64,000 nucleotides of DNA, taken from assembly GCF_000150275.1 (NCBI RefSeq), contig NW_002060943.1, positions 5,476,008-5,540,007 of the forward strand. Direction: 5' to 3'. The notes beneath the pieces were generated by a model. The model had not been told where the DNA came from. It was given only the letters and a program-made list of their open reading frames with translations, and did no database searches. Origin of the DNA: Trichoplax adhaerens. Taxonomy: Eukaryota > Animalia > Placozoa. Below, piece by piece: positions 1 to 18,697 of this stretch; within the stretch, counting starts at the first letter, position 1, and every line of letters begins with the position of its first letter. Position numbers and translations under genes: made by a program.

Positions 1-128
1 TAAGAAATAAAATTAATGTAATCGTGATAGGGAGAACTTTAAATTGCAGCGCTAATATTGCATAGTACTGTACTTTACATATAGTGAATCATCTTTTTAA
101 TTTCTTGCTTCTTTCAAAATACTATTAG

Positions 129-3100
129 ACGTAAACGAGTGTAATAATGGCGAAGCTCAATGTCTTCCTAATGAAGGATGCCGCAATATTGCTGGTTCCT
201 ATCTCTGCATTTGTCCTAATGGCCTAGATCAGTATGAAGTTGGCGATGGATTTTGTCCAAGCAGTACCGGTGTGCATTGACATTTACGCAACAAGATATG
301 AAAATAGATTAGCTAGTTACGCTCTGCTCTTTCAGTATTGATCAAATTAATTAAATTAAATTAAAGTTGCAGCTATTAATTCAAATTTTATAATATTCGT
401 TTATATATTAAGGCTATCCTGCTTAGTAATGGTAATTGTTTATAACATGTCTTACCACGTAATCAACTGTTTCTATTGCTATTGCTAGTATCGGTATTTC
501 TATGATAGAGATTTTGACTTAGAATTCTTTTATTTTAAAACTTAAAAGAATCTCGAAAAAGTAATTTCGTCTTGCCCCATTTTAATTGTTGTTTTTGATT
601 ATTGATGAAAGTAGAAATTATTCAGCGTATGAGAATTGACTAATTTTATAAATAAATTGACAACATCCATAGCATCTACTGGAACGGCATCTAGTCCTAA
701 AATCATAACAACATCGACAGGCATTCGTGCTACTCCTGGTACTGGTCCACAAATTGGAGATGTAGGAACCATTGTTGGTATTGCACTTGGATCGGCATCC
801 TTTCTAGTGATGATTAGCTTTGGCATATGGAAAATTTATAAAGCCCGAAATCGATCTCGTCCGTTAATTAACTTTGATCAGACAGTAAGTATAGCTACCG
901 CAAATTACCTATTGGCTAGAAATTTCAAAGTATTGAAAAATGTTCTCTGAAGTTGATTTCCTGGAGAGAAGTTAAGAAGCTTTAAATTTATTGTAATCCC
1001 ATAAATAGGAAATGACAACAACTGCAGCTTTTCCAATTGAGCTGGAAGTAGTGACTGATTTGCCTGAACGAAAATATCTATTATTGAAAAATTTTGGAAT
1101 TGAGATCAATAAAACCATTGGTAGGGGAGCATTTGGTGAAGTCTACAAAGGTGTCGCAGCTATCAAATTAAACGGCAAAAAATCTACGCATGATGTTGCT
1201 GTAAAGCTACTAAGAGGTGCATTTTCCTGATTATGTAGTACTTGTCAAGCGGATCACAATTATCACTACTTTATTATAAATTATCTATCATAAGGGAGGC
1301 TTTGCTGGATTTATGTTATTCTGAGATGATAATAGCAATCGTAGGAAGATAAATCTCCTTAGAGCTAAGCTGAATGATTTAAATGGCAATTTCTAGATAC
1401 TGCAACCCTACTGGATGTAAGTAATTTTGCAATAGAAATTGAGGTCATGCAGCTGCTTGGAAATGAAAGTCCCCACATTATTAAAATGTTACATTGCTGC
1501 CATTCGTCAGGTAATTCAAGTATTGGAGTTACAGTTGTACATCTGCTGCAATATGGAATCTTGTCTCCTTATGATACAATTGATATATGTTAATCTTTAT
1601 TTGAGCCTAGCTTCAATACGATATTTTAAAAGAATAATAGGAATTATAAGATGTCATTTCCTCGTGTTGGAGTTCCTAAGTGATCACTAGAATCAAAATC
1701 GCACGAACTGAAGATATTTATGATACCACTACTCATTAGAAGTAGGCTAGTTAGTTATGATGTAATCAGTTAATTAATAATGTAGTGGAATTCATCCAAG
1801 ATGCTACACTAAAACCTAGTTCTTTCCCATGAAAATACTTGTAGTGACGGATTAAAAGTAATAAATCTACTGGTACCAGACTAACAGTAAATGGCTATTA
1901 AGTACTGCCCAAAACATCAGTTGATTTAATTATAAAATTTCGTTCAATAAAAATTGAGATACAAAAATATTATTTGAGGACCCTATAGAATTTCTAAAAT
2001 TTTGCTGACGGGAAAATAGATTAAATTTGAAACCGTCAAGAATTGAGTAGAATATAAATATCGAAATATAATTGCAACAACTTTAAGTAATTTTACTTAT
2101 TGCATATTTTATTTTCTTTTATCATTAAATTGCGTACGGAAATTCTATAGAATTATCATATATCGTCATGGAATATGCAGAACATGGAGATTTACTGCGT
2201 TACTTACGTAGTCATTCTGGATTTGGAAAGGAAGGAGGATACGTTGATTATACTTATATTGCACGTACCGACAAAGATTTATCTTCAACTGAAATGACGA
2301 AATTTATATGGCAAATTGCTCAAGCGATGCACTTTTTAGAATCTAAACTAGTAAGTCAACTGATTTTAGAACGATTTACGGTTTTAAGATCTACATTGGC
2401 AAGAGATCACAGGAATGACAGTTAGAGGGGCTTTTTAAGTCCTAGTACTTTTGCACGATATACCGAGATAGCTCATCGTACATACTGTATAGGTACTAAA
2501 GCTATTTATAGTACTAGCCAGTTACGCTTTTCATCAAATAAATCTTAACTACCTAAACTAAAATGAGATATTTAATGATTGTACAGTTTATCTGAAGTAA
2601 AATATATTTTCATTAATAATGTCTAATTAAGATTAGTTATTATCTGCTTAATAGATAATAATTTATTCATTTAGTAATTTAGGGAAGGATGGTTGAAAAT
2701 TGAATCATCTTTAAATTAAAACATATAATATTTCAGTGTTAATCATCGTGTGAAGATGGTTGAATGTTTTAGATCTTCTTTAAAATACGTATGTAATGAT
2801 TATGCTATAATTTATTCGTAGTGAAACATATAAAGATAATCAGGCATTAGATTACCTTCATACGGGAGGATTGACTATCTAAGTACATATAAACAGATTG
2901 AATGATAGTCGCACCATTTTGTGATCTGTAATAATTCTCAACTTAAATAAGGTACTCAAATGATCAAATGTCGCAATATTTTCATAATATGAGACCTAAT
3001 TACTCGCGAAATAAGGCTAAAACGTGGCTTAATGATAAATTAAACGATGATGATGATATAATTTCTGTGATGTTTAATAACTCCAATAGTGTATGTAAAT

Positions 3101-4856
3101 AGTTAGATATTGAATTACTTTCTTAATATAAGGTTTACCTGTCTAGTAGTTTTCAGCTTTTTACAATGGTCTATTTTATGAGGTATACGAAAAAGACAAG
3201 ATATTAAATTGATTAAAGTTAATAGCGTAAGCCTACTTACCTAAATATAATTGGCAAGTGACAGCAATTTCACTTACAAACCGTCTATCGTCGTAGTAGG
3301 AGATCAGTTGTTGTACTAAGGTCTAAAAAGAGAATGCGAGTGCTTGGAAACTAGACTTATCGGATCCATCGTAATGAATTGTTTGCGTGATATATTCGTA
3401 GATTATTCATCGTGATTTAGCTGCTAGGAATATCCTTTTAGCCACTGATAGCCATGATGGTATGGTTTGTCGTTTATCTGACTTTGGTCTAGCACGCGAT
3501 GTCTCTAAAATTAAAGTATATCACGAAACCAACAAGGTTTGTACTTTCGTAAACGGTATTTCAAAATGAATCTCTACCCACAACATTTACATTGATCCAT
3601 CAGTATCGATACTGGTGTCTATAAGTCAAATAAAATGGTGATGACCATGTTTTATGCGGGTTTTTAGCACCTTTTATTGATATCTCTTATAATCATATGT
3701 ATAATTTTATATGTTATATATCTATTGCTAAATTGTTATATCTATACTCTATAGGAAGTTAAGCTACCAATGAAATGGATGGCTTACGAATCTATTAGGG
3801 AAAATCTCTATTCCATAAAAAGCGATAGGTATAGTAAATTCTATTTGATATCAAGTACGTTTTGAATTATTATTAAGTAATCAGATGCTAAACTTTACAT
3901 ACTCAGGCTTGAGCTATAAGAAATTAATAGCTTATTTCAGAGTAGTTTAGTTAAGATTTTAAATAATTTGTATGTTACCTGCTACTTTGGCAATAACATT
4001 TATGAACTTTCACAATTTAGATGGTCGTTTGGTATACTTATGTGGGAGATTATTACCTTTGGTAAGAATAATTAGCAATACTTTTGCTGATTATCTGCAT
4101 AATTTGAAGCTTTTTGAAGGATAACATTCCAATGTTACGTTTTTATGGTCCAATTTTTTAGAAGAGAGCTTAACGTCATTAGTTGCATACAATTAATATA
4201 GCAATAATACATTATATACTAAAATTTAATAGCAAAATACTACTGAGATTTACGGTAAGCTGCCCTATAATTAGTATTAGCACGAAACTGGCTTTTTACT
4301 CATGTAACTACTGGTTTGTAGGTGGGAGACCCTATTCGGAATTTCGTAATCCAAGACAGTTGAGAAGTGCAATTATTTCCGGCCATCGACTTGCTAAACC
4401 GGATCATTGCTCTGATGAGATGTAATAAATAATATGATAGTGTAATTAATAGCACAATTTTGATACATTGAGAGCACAAGGTATTTATTTTTCAGTCAGT
4501 AACCTTAATAAATAAACATTTTATTCTAAATCGGAATAGTTTTGAAATTATGACTTCATGTTGGGATGCAAATCCTGATAATCGGCCTTCTTTCTCCACG
4601 TTGTTGGATAAATTGGATGAAATCATTAATGATACAGAGGTAGGCATTCATTTTTATTCTTAAATTTAACATCATGGCGGCAAGAAATGATTTGATATGG
4701 TGTATTGATTATCATCCTTGTGTCAATTTGGACATGATATCATTGGATATTTAGGGGTATTTATCGATGGATCAATTCGATCCAACCAATTATGTTTATC
4801 TTGATTTCGATGATGAGGATGAAAATTTACGGGAGGATGTTTCCACGCCGGATTAA
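129..4856 (+). CDS. Receptor tyrosine kinase with Ca-binding EGF ectodomain and RET/FGFR-like kinase domain (5' partial, multi-exon)
   Basis: Exon 129-269 reads DVNECNNGEAQC..CRNIAGSYLCIC (EGF_CA). Exon 673-884 has a Ser/Thr stalk and TM helix (IVGIALGSASFLVMISFGIW). Exon 1009-1217 has GRGAFGEV and VAVK. Later exons give MEYAEHGDL, HRDLAARN, DFGLAR, LPMKWMAYE, WSFGILMWEI and CW..P..RPSF. Stop TAA at 4854-4856. All junctions are GT-AG and in phase. Confidence 0.93.
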
Positions 4857-7809
4857 GATATTCATCGACTACTAAGTTTGCATACTGTATTATCATTATA
4901 TAGGTAGTTTTTTGTTTAAAGTACGGTATGTAAAATTAATTTAAGTTTATTTAACATTTTGCGTTATTCTATATTGAAGACCCATGTAATCAACGAGTAT
5001 GTCTGCGTATTGCAAAGTAAATAATCACTGATTAATTATGGATGAGTTCTTTTCGAAATATTTGTTTTACACTTTGATAATAAACGTGTTAAGTTCTTCA
5101 TTAACAGTACGAGTTGTGCTACGGCATCTCAATCTTTATTTTATTTCATTCCATTTCATTGCAAATTAAGATTACAAGTGCTATTAGCCAGGTTTTACAT
5201 AATGTTTTTGTGGAATTGAGTATCATTCGACAGGAAGTAAAGATTTGTTAATGAGCTTAAAGTCTTAGATGGTTGTCAATATATTTAGCAGACTTTTTAT
5301 CAGTAAAATTAGAAGAGAGCTGTACACGTATCCAATTACTATTATTCGATTAGCAATAAAGTTTTGTTGGAGATTACAATGTAAACTGGTCAATGGGTGC
5401 GTTAAATCTGTTAATAGAAGCTCGCATATTTCGATCGACAAGAAATATTTTTTAATCCTATTTATAATACAAAACTGTTTAGAGACGCCATTATACCACA
5501 AAGATCGGTATTCACAAAATTGGCATAATCAAGATGGATAAGATAAATTGTGTTATATGTGCGAGATGATACAATAATAAATTAATGAATCTTATATGCG
5601 TATTCATTCTACTCATGCTATATAAAACTAACGATATCAAAATAATTATGAGCTTAAAAAGGATCAACATAGTGTGTGTGAATAAATACAAAATTTAAAT
5701 AAAGCCATAAAAACAAGACCGGAATCGTCAAATTAATAAAGACTTTAAATGCTAACATATTCCATCCAATTACTTTATCACACTAAAGCTATTGGTATTG
5801 GAACTAGTAGCACATTTATGATGAACAAGAGACAATAAAACTTGAGATACACAATAATAAGAGGGTAAATAAGATTAAAAATTAATAAAGACTTCACGTA
5901 AATCTATGCAATTTACTTATTTACACAGTAACAATTAGTAACTCAAAAATCGGCATAAATAAGATAGAAAAATTCAAGACAGGACATAAAAGATAATAAA
6001 AACTAGCTGATGCAATTATATACATATTAATTATCAAATATTCACTCACAATATGCAACTAACCTATTAGCACAGTATAACCAATTCTGAATTAACTAAT
6101 TAATAAGTTAACAGATTAATATAATTGTGATATTTATCAGCGATTCATTAATATTTAAAAGCTATTAGTTATGATACTAACAGTTGTTTATCTCCTCAAA
6201 ATTGCTAGCTAGTTTTAATTTTTGTGTCTACTGAAATAATTCATTTCATTAGTTTTATTAGCAATAGCTGTAACTACATCTGTAACATGGTGGATAAATT
6301 AATGTTATTGGTGTCGACATACTAACCTTAATTACTTTTAAATCATATATTAAAATTTGAAGGCATACTTATTAATATTTGCCTTTACCGAAAAAAACGA
6401 TTTCCTGTACTAATTGACTGAATTTGAAAATTTAAGCTAGACTCTCACAGCACTATAGATATTATAACAACTATTTACTCGGTTAAAGTATTTAAAGACC
6501 AAATTTTAAGGTTATTTTTTACATATAAACACTTTAGATATATTGATTGCCTCAATCAATGCATTTTTTACTTTATTTTAGCCCTCAGTAAATATCCAAG
6601 TGATTTAAAATTCTACAAACTATAAGATTGATCAAAATTTTTTTGAAGACAATACTCTAATTAATAACCGTTATCCAATATAGCTAGTGATATACTGATA
6701 AAGGCTGAGAATTTTCTAGTTAAGGATAAAGAAATTTGGCCTCTTTTATTATCACAATTTTTAGAATCTCATGTATACTGATTATTTATCCGAAGATATT
6801 GTACTACATAAATGAATCATATCATATGTTTATTGGTAGTTTTAATTGTTATTTTACTACCTAGTAACAACTAACAAAAAGCAAGAATAGAAAACCCGCA
6901 ATTCGTCAATCACGCTTTAGTTATTTTTAAAATTGAGATCTATCCGATATTTGGTTTTTATTAGCCTCCGATTTCAATACCAGATTATTGCAGTTTATTA
7001 TCAACAGATAGGATTGTATACCGTATAAGGAACCTTAAGGTATTTTTCATTAGATCGAGTGCAATAGTATTATATAATTAACCTCGCCAGCTGCAAGTAT
7101 CAGAAAAAATGCCACATTTTAACAGATTCTAAGTTCCGCTATAGGAAGTAGCCGTATTCTTCTTTAATATCCACCTAAATAATGATTGATATCTTGAATA
7201 CGCTTTGTTAAGAATTAATATTTTGGTAATTTACCGTTATATGTTAGAAAGAAAGAATTCTATTTGGTAAATAGAAATATTTCTTGAACTCGATTAGTTT
7301 TACAAATGCAAATTACTTTTCATAAACCTCTATAGAAATTAGGTCAATTGCTTATTCGATGCCGAGTTTTCATCATGTACAATTGTATTTCGATATGTAC
7401 AGAGGTCACGATGAGCGAATTTAAAATGTAATCGATGTATTCAATGGATTTCCCCTACTTTCTTTAATGCCATCAATACTGTCGGTTTTCTTTTGGTAAT
7501 AAGTTATGTTGATCAAGTGTTCACTCCGATTCTAGACGTACATACTTCAAGTTCAAGACAGAAAATATCTTGAATAAATTACCATGCCGCTTATTTTGAC
7601 AAGAAATATTTAAAAGATATTGATAAATTCATTCTATAACTAAATATTAGTCAATCAAACAATATCTAGAATAGTTTCATAAGTGTAGTCTTGCATTCTG
7701 AAGTCTTATTAATAACAGCCATAACATATGACGCTATTTCAATGAAAAACAATGCGTAATATAGCTTTAAAATGATTGTATTATATTGTTAGAATAGGTA
7801 CAGAAGTAT

Positions 7810-7983
7810 CTATCGTCTGGTGATGGATTGCCTCCAACTCGACGCATAATAAATGTATGGAATGCATTTTTCATAGCGTAGATATTGAAGCCGCCCGATT
7901 ACTTTTTGAATGGGCCTCGTCTTGTTAGAATACGTGCAGCAGTAACTATCGTCTGCTGATGGATTACCTCTAACTCGACGCAT
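7810..7983. repeat. 38-bp direct repeat pair
   Basis: ctatcgtctggtgatggattgcctccaactcgacgcat (7810-7847) versus ctatcgtctgctgatggattacctctaactcgacgcat (7946-7983), 3 mismatches. Confidence 0.85.
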
Positions 7984-8061
7984 GGTCAAGCATTGCTAAA
8001 ATAGCCTTTCCTTTTTATTAATCCTTTCGCAGTTCAACTATATACAGTACTGTATATATAG

Positions 8062-8168
8062 GTTACGGCCAAAACCCGAAGTTGGCCAATACGCGTATTG
8101 CCCGGGTAATATTGGCCATTACGCGTAGTGCCCGGGCCAATACGCGGACTTCGGGTTTTGGCCGTAAC
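8062..8168. mobile_element. MITE-like element with perfect 21-bp terminal inverted repeats
   Basis: GTTACGGCCAAAACCCGAAGT (8062-8082) pairs with ACTTCGGGTTTTGGCCGTAAC (8148-8168). The GC-rich interior has about 2.4 copies of TGGCCA(A/T)TACGCGTA(T/G)TGCCCGGG. The element is flanked by TA-dinucleotide runs. Confidence 0.75.
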
Positions 8169-8334
8169 ATATATACAGACTAGTAAATTTGTAATTTCAA
8201 TACAGACTGTGCTTAGCTATGCAGTCGCCTTTAGTATACGTTGAATTTGGATGATAATACTGTATACCATACTATGATGATGCTCAAGATTGAATTTATG
8301 CTTACTCACTGCTTACGGAGGAAATTTACAGCAG

Positions 8335-9060
8335 TAGTGTACACTGTACAGTATCGTACGATTTGGGCCACTGTAGTTGAGTGTAGAACAGTACTGTAGA
8401 GTAGAGTGACGCAAGTGGTGTCCATCCATCCAGTCCAGGTGTACCGCATAAAACGAATCAAAGAAAAGAAAGAAACCTCGGTAGTAATTTCAACAGTAAA
8501 ATACTATGGACTACGAAAAGGAAAGAAAGAAGGACGTAAAACGGCCATCAGTGCAAAATTATGTCGAGGCCTATCATTTTTTCCCTTCATTCTACTATAC
8601 GGTAGCAATGAAACCGTCTACCATACTGTCCAAAACCAACTTAGCAGCTCATTTGGATTTCCATCGCGGACAGCAAGTACCTTACGTATACAGTACTGCA
8701 CAGCAGTGTTTTTACACTAGACCGTTGCGATGTTTCAGTGGTACCTATGACGATATTTGGAAGAAAGCTAAACGGTCGGCTTTACCCCTTAATAAAACAG
8801 TCTATAGGACTGTACCGGTACCGGCATACCTTTGCCTTTGTTTGAGGGCCTTTGTACTGTACAGTCCAGTCCATCATCAGTACAGTACTTTGTCATCGTA
8901 CTGTACACTGTACTAAACTGTACTGTGCAGTCGGCACACCGAGTCATCGGCCATGACGAAATACAGTACAGTACAGTACAGTACAGTACAGTACTGTACA
9001 GTGTACAGTACAGCCAGAAGGGGGAGCACTGTACACTGTACACTGTGCAGTGTACAGTAT
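8335..9060. repeat. TA-(CAG/CTG/CAGTG/CACTG)-TA island upstream of PSMD2
   Basis: 8962-9010 parses as TA(CAG TA)x6 CTG TA CAGTG TA CAG TA. The island ends about 90 bp before the ATG at 9149. Confidence 0.9.
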
Positions 9061-9148
9061 ATTGCATGCTACGCAGAATCATATCACTTCGTTTCGCTGC
9101 GGACGACACAACATCACCTGTGATATTATCCAATCCAGAAAGGAAAAG

Positions 9149-15037
<5,889 letters not shown>

Positions 15038-16099
15038 TGGAGTGCTCTTTGTTCTACATATGTTCTTATTTGTTACTAGTTTAACATTTTTGGTAAAATT
15101 TTAAGAAACTTTTGTTGATGTAAACCTTTCTTCTATTCTTTATGGCCGACTTTCATTGTATCCAATTATGATGTCCATTTCAAATAATAAAGATTTCGAT
15201 CATTGCCATAATTATTTTTGAGTTACACTTGCGTTATATATATATATTACAGTAGCGTAACACATCAACATTCGTTCATGTTATGTTATAATGGTGTCAT
15301 TAAATTAGTTTCACTGTGAATTATCTTCTAAGATCATGAACGGTAGAGTGTACTCGTATGTGGTTATTATTTGAGAAATTATACTTCCCGTGATTGAGTG
15401 TAATCGTATTATAATTATACTGTAGTAGCGGTACAGCACTCCAGTACTCCGGTATGCTCGCAACGGTTTGAATAACTATAGTACGCAGATAAGCGTTCTG
15501 AAAAGATTGTGTAGTAATCCGTAAATCAAAGAGAGGAAATGATAGGCTTGTGAGATGCAATAGAATTTTTTTTATTTCTTTTTGGCTAGAACAAGTATTC
15601 AAGAAAATTCCTTTAAGAACACTTTAATATATGCTGTATAACTTAAGGTATACCATCATATCGAGTTTCCAGACAGCATTTACTTACTATTCGTCAGTAA
15701 CTATCCATGGACAATATATGAATCATATCATTTGACACTAATATTACGTTAATAGCGTTGAAAGTAATCCATTTTAAGCTTGGTTAATGCCTGTACTCGT
15801 AAGACTATGTTTAGGCAATTGGTGTATGAATTCATGGATATAAGAAAGACTCGATAACAGTTGTTACTGTAGATTGTCAACGACAAGATTGGATTACAGA
15901 TGTACACTTTTATTTAGTTGTCTAGGTGATAGCAATATATTGTATGACTATATATCGTATTACATAGTACTGCATATATATATTATATATATATATATTT
16001 ACATATAAACAAGATTGGATGTGAAGTACAATAATAATAGTAATATTACATAAAACGATGTCGACGTCAGTCCATGAAACAAGATTGGATCAGTTATCT

Positions 16100-16729
16100 T
16101 TATTCACTTTGGGTTGAGATGAGGCCTCGAGCAATATCAGTCATTCTGTCATATTTGACTTTACTTTTGTCTAATTCACGTTGTGACCATACTAATAATT
16201 TGATTAATTCAGCTACTTTTGTGGAAGAATTGCAGTCTTCTTCCTCTAAGATGGCCGCATTTAACTCACTAGCTACTTTTTGACGTTGAGATGAGTTTAA
16301 TAAATCAGAAAAGGATGATGATTCTGGTTCTTCAAATGCCAGCAAAGCCATGGTTCGTTCTAATTCTTCTAAAAATTGTGGATTTTCTATCCCGCGATCA
16401 GCTAAGTGAGTTTGAGCAAAGTCTAGCGCTGTTTCGATGTCTTTCTTTCGTATCAATTCGATTAACTTTTGTTGCTGTAAATGAAAATACAATTGTGGAT
16501 TGGAGTCGAGAATGTCAGGATAGACAGCATTGACTAAGTAGATTGCGGTCGAGATATCGCCATCATGGACAGCATTGGTGATTTTCATTCTTTTCTCTAA
16601 GCTATCGGACGAAAGTATAGGAATTGGTGTACCACTTTCTATTTGAAATTTTTCCGCAGCCTCTTTGTATCCTTCTGTGACAAAGTAGTTCATAATAAGA
16701 CGATTGAGATCGCCCCTTTGTACCTCCAT
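16100..16729 (-). CDS. GID8: GID/CTLH complex subunit 8 (Twa1), LisH-CTLH-CRA, single exon
   Basis: The 209-aa ORF has VQRGDLNRLIMNYFVTEGYKEAAEKF (LisH), LYFHLQQQKLIELIR, LEELERTMALLAF and QRQKVASELNAAIL. There is an in-frame TAA just upstream of the ATG. Confidence 0.95.
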   Translation of the reverse strand: MEVQRGDLNRLIMNYFVTEGYKEAAEKFQIESGTPIPILSSDSLEKRMKITNAVHDGDISTAIYLVNAVYPDILDSNPQLYFHLQQQKLIELIRKKDIETALDFAQTHLADRGIENPQFLEELERTMALLAFEEPESSSFSDLLNSSQRQKVASELNAAILEEEDCNSSTKVAELIKLLVWSQRELDKSKVKYDRMTDIARGLISTQSE

Positions 16730-16879
16730 GACAGTTTTTTTTGCCCTTTTTTTCCGATCTACTGTCGGTTACTGGAGTGTTTTCTTCGATGATGGAGTAA
16801 GTAAAATCCACAAGAACAGCGGTTGTAAAGCTTTAGCAGAGTTGTGTCAGTCCAGGCTACCGTCCGCTGGAGCTCATAG

Positions 16880-17225
16880 CGTACGTACTGTACAGTACAT
16901 CGTGTTCGTTGCGCGTCAAGCACAGGTTTTGTCTCTTCTCCAGTAGGTATAGTGCTCAAACCGCTAATCTTCAAGGTGCTCCTTCTATAGCGTTGTATCA
17001 TGGAAAAGAAACCTGTATGATTTTAACAGGCGGCTTGTTGTTTTGCCTACCGTGAAACTTCACGACTTGCTAATAAAACCCATACAATATGGTCCTGATA
17101 AAGACAGTATACTGTCCATACTAGTCATGTCAGCACTGTACTGTACTGTACACTTTTACAGTGTACAGTGTACAGTATACTGTGCACGATTGGCTATAAC
17201 ACTGTAAAGTATGTACTGTAGTGTG
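16880..17225. repeat. ACAGT/ACTGT island in the divergent GID8 / SLC37A4-like intergenic region
   Basis: gtactgtacagtac near 16885; cactgtactgtactgtaca..tacagtgtacagtgtacagtatactg at 17134-17183. Confidence 0.8.
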
Positions 17226-17687
17226 ACAGTCCAACAGTCCGGTATGTACATTGCACAATGGCGATGTCCTCCAGAAAGCAAATTTGCAGCAATTCGATTG
17301 ATTTATTTTCGGTTTATTAATAGCTATTTGTCTGTTCTATATTGCATATTCAATGGCTTTGTCAGCAGACTTTGCTTACTTTAATCTGATGGCATTTCAG
17401 CTCTTGCCAGTGTTAGTAAAACGCTAATCTAAACTCACAACAACGGCAGGAGTCATTCATTCAACTTTGTTGGAAAGTATCTTAGTGTAGTAAAGTGATC
17501 AAGTCTCGACTTTCTATTTGTCATCCATTAGAGAGTTAATATTAGCGACAAAGATCTGATTTTTACGATCATAGGCTTCATACTGTTACTGCTGAAAACA
17601 TAACAGTTCATGGCAAAACTACAGTTGAGTAACATTTTCATTGGTAGTCCAATCTAAATCCAATTCCTAGATATCAAGTATCCTAGG

Positions 17688-17720
17688 CATGGACTACTAA
17701 ATTACATCTAGTAGTCCATG
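17688..17720. repeat. 12-bp perfect inverted repeat CATGGACTACTA / TAGTAGTCCATG
   Basis: Arms at 17688-17699 and 17709-17720. Imperfect outer pairing ATCCAAT(T)CCT / AGGATTGGAT extends it to about 17658-17735. Confidence 0.8.
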
Positions 17721-18697
17721 ATACAAGGATTGGATATTGTTGATTCTGTAAGAGTTGAACTAAATTGATGCTACCTCGACGTTGCTGTCTTGATACTTTT
17801 ACTCTCGATAACGGATTAAGAAAGTTATTACATGCAATCAAATGGTGCTATACGGTGCAATAACTTATCATTATAAATCATCTCTTCTACTATTTTTTGA
17901 TAAGCTAATTAGCATACAGGCTATAGTAAAGTAGTTGGCCGGTGCCATTGAGTTTATTAGCAATGCATAGTAGGATGCATGTTGCTATAGCTAGCGCTGA
18001 GTGTACTGTATTGGACTTGGAGTATAACCCTGGTCGTTATGCAACTATTAATAATAATAATATCCATCGTTGAACCATTAAGCAAAAAAAACAAACACTA
18101 TTCCGGAGAGATCGAGCCTGAACTTGGTGTGCGAAGAGGAAATTAGCTACATCAAATCAGTAGCCATCAAACTCATCACAGGCTTATTACGATACTGAAA
18201 ATCAAGGAATTATCAACATAAACTTGTGAGATACTTTGTTGTTGGGGCTCCTATTCCTTGATAGTTAACATACTTTATACAGCAGTATAAATAATTACAA
18301 TTAAATGAGTTTGTTATATTCTTGTTGATTGAAACAAGGCTTAACTCCTATTGAGTGTATATTTCTATATGAAACACTGCCTTAATTGGCTTCTTGATAC
18401 TGCTTTTCTCGCTAATTTTCATTCTTCTCACCATCAACTAATTCATGCCTCTTCTCAATTATTGGGCATTCCTATTCGACAAAGATTACTATCCGATAGT
18501 GGCGATAGAGGTCTGCAAAAGATTGTAAATAAATGACCTACTAGACACGTTGATTACAAGCGATTAGAGTAGATTAGAGTAATTCAATTACTGTACTGCA
18601 CTACCAGCAGAAAACAACTTTATACCATACTTCGATTATCTTCTAGCATACCAAGTCAATCGTTATCCCGTTGAATTGATATTATTGATATTCCGTT

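Noticed and set aside
16602-16811. Frameshifted N-terminal extension of GID8 across A7/A8 runs
   Set aside because: The upstream ORF starts at GTG and shows no similarity to known GID8 N-termini.
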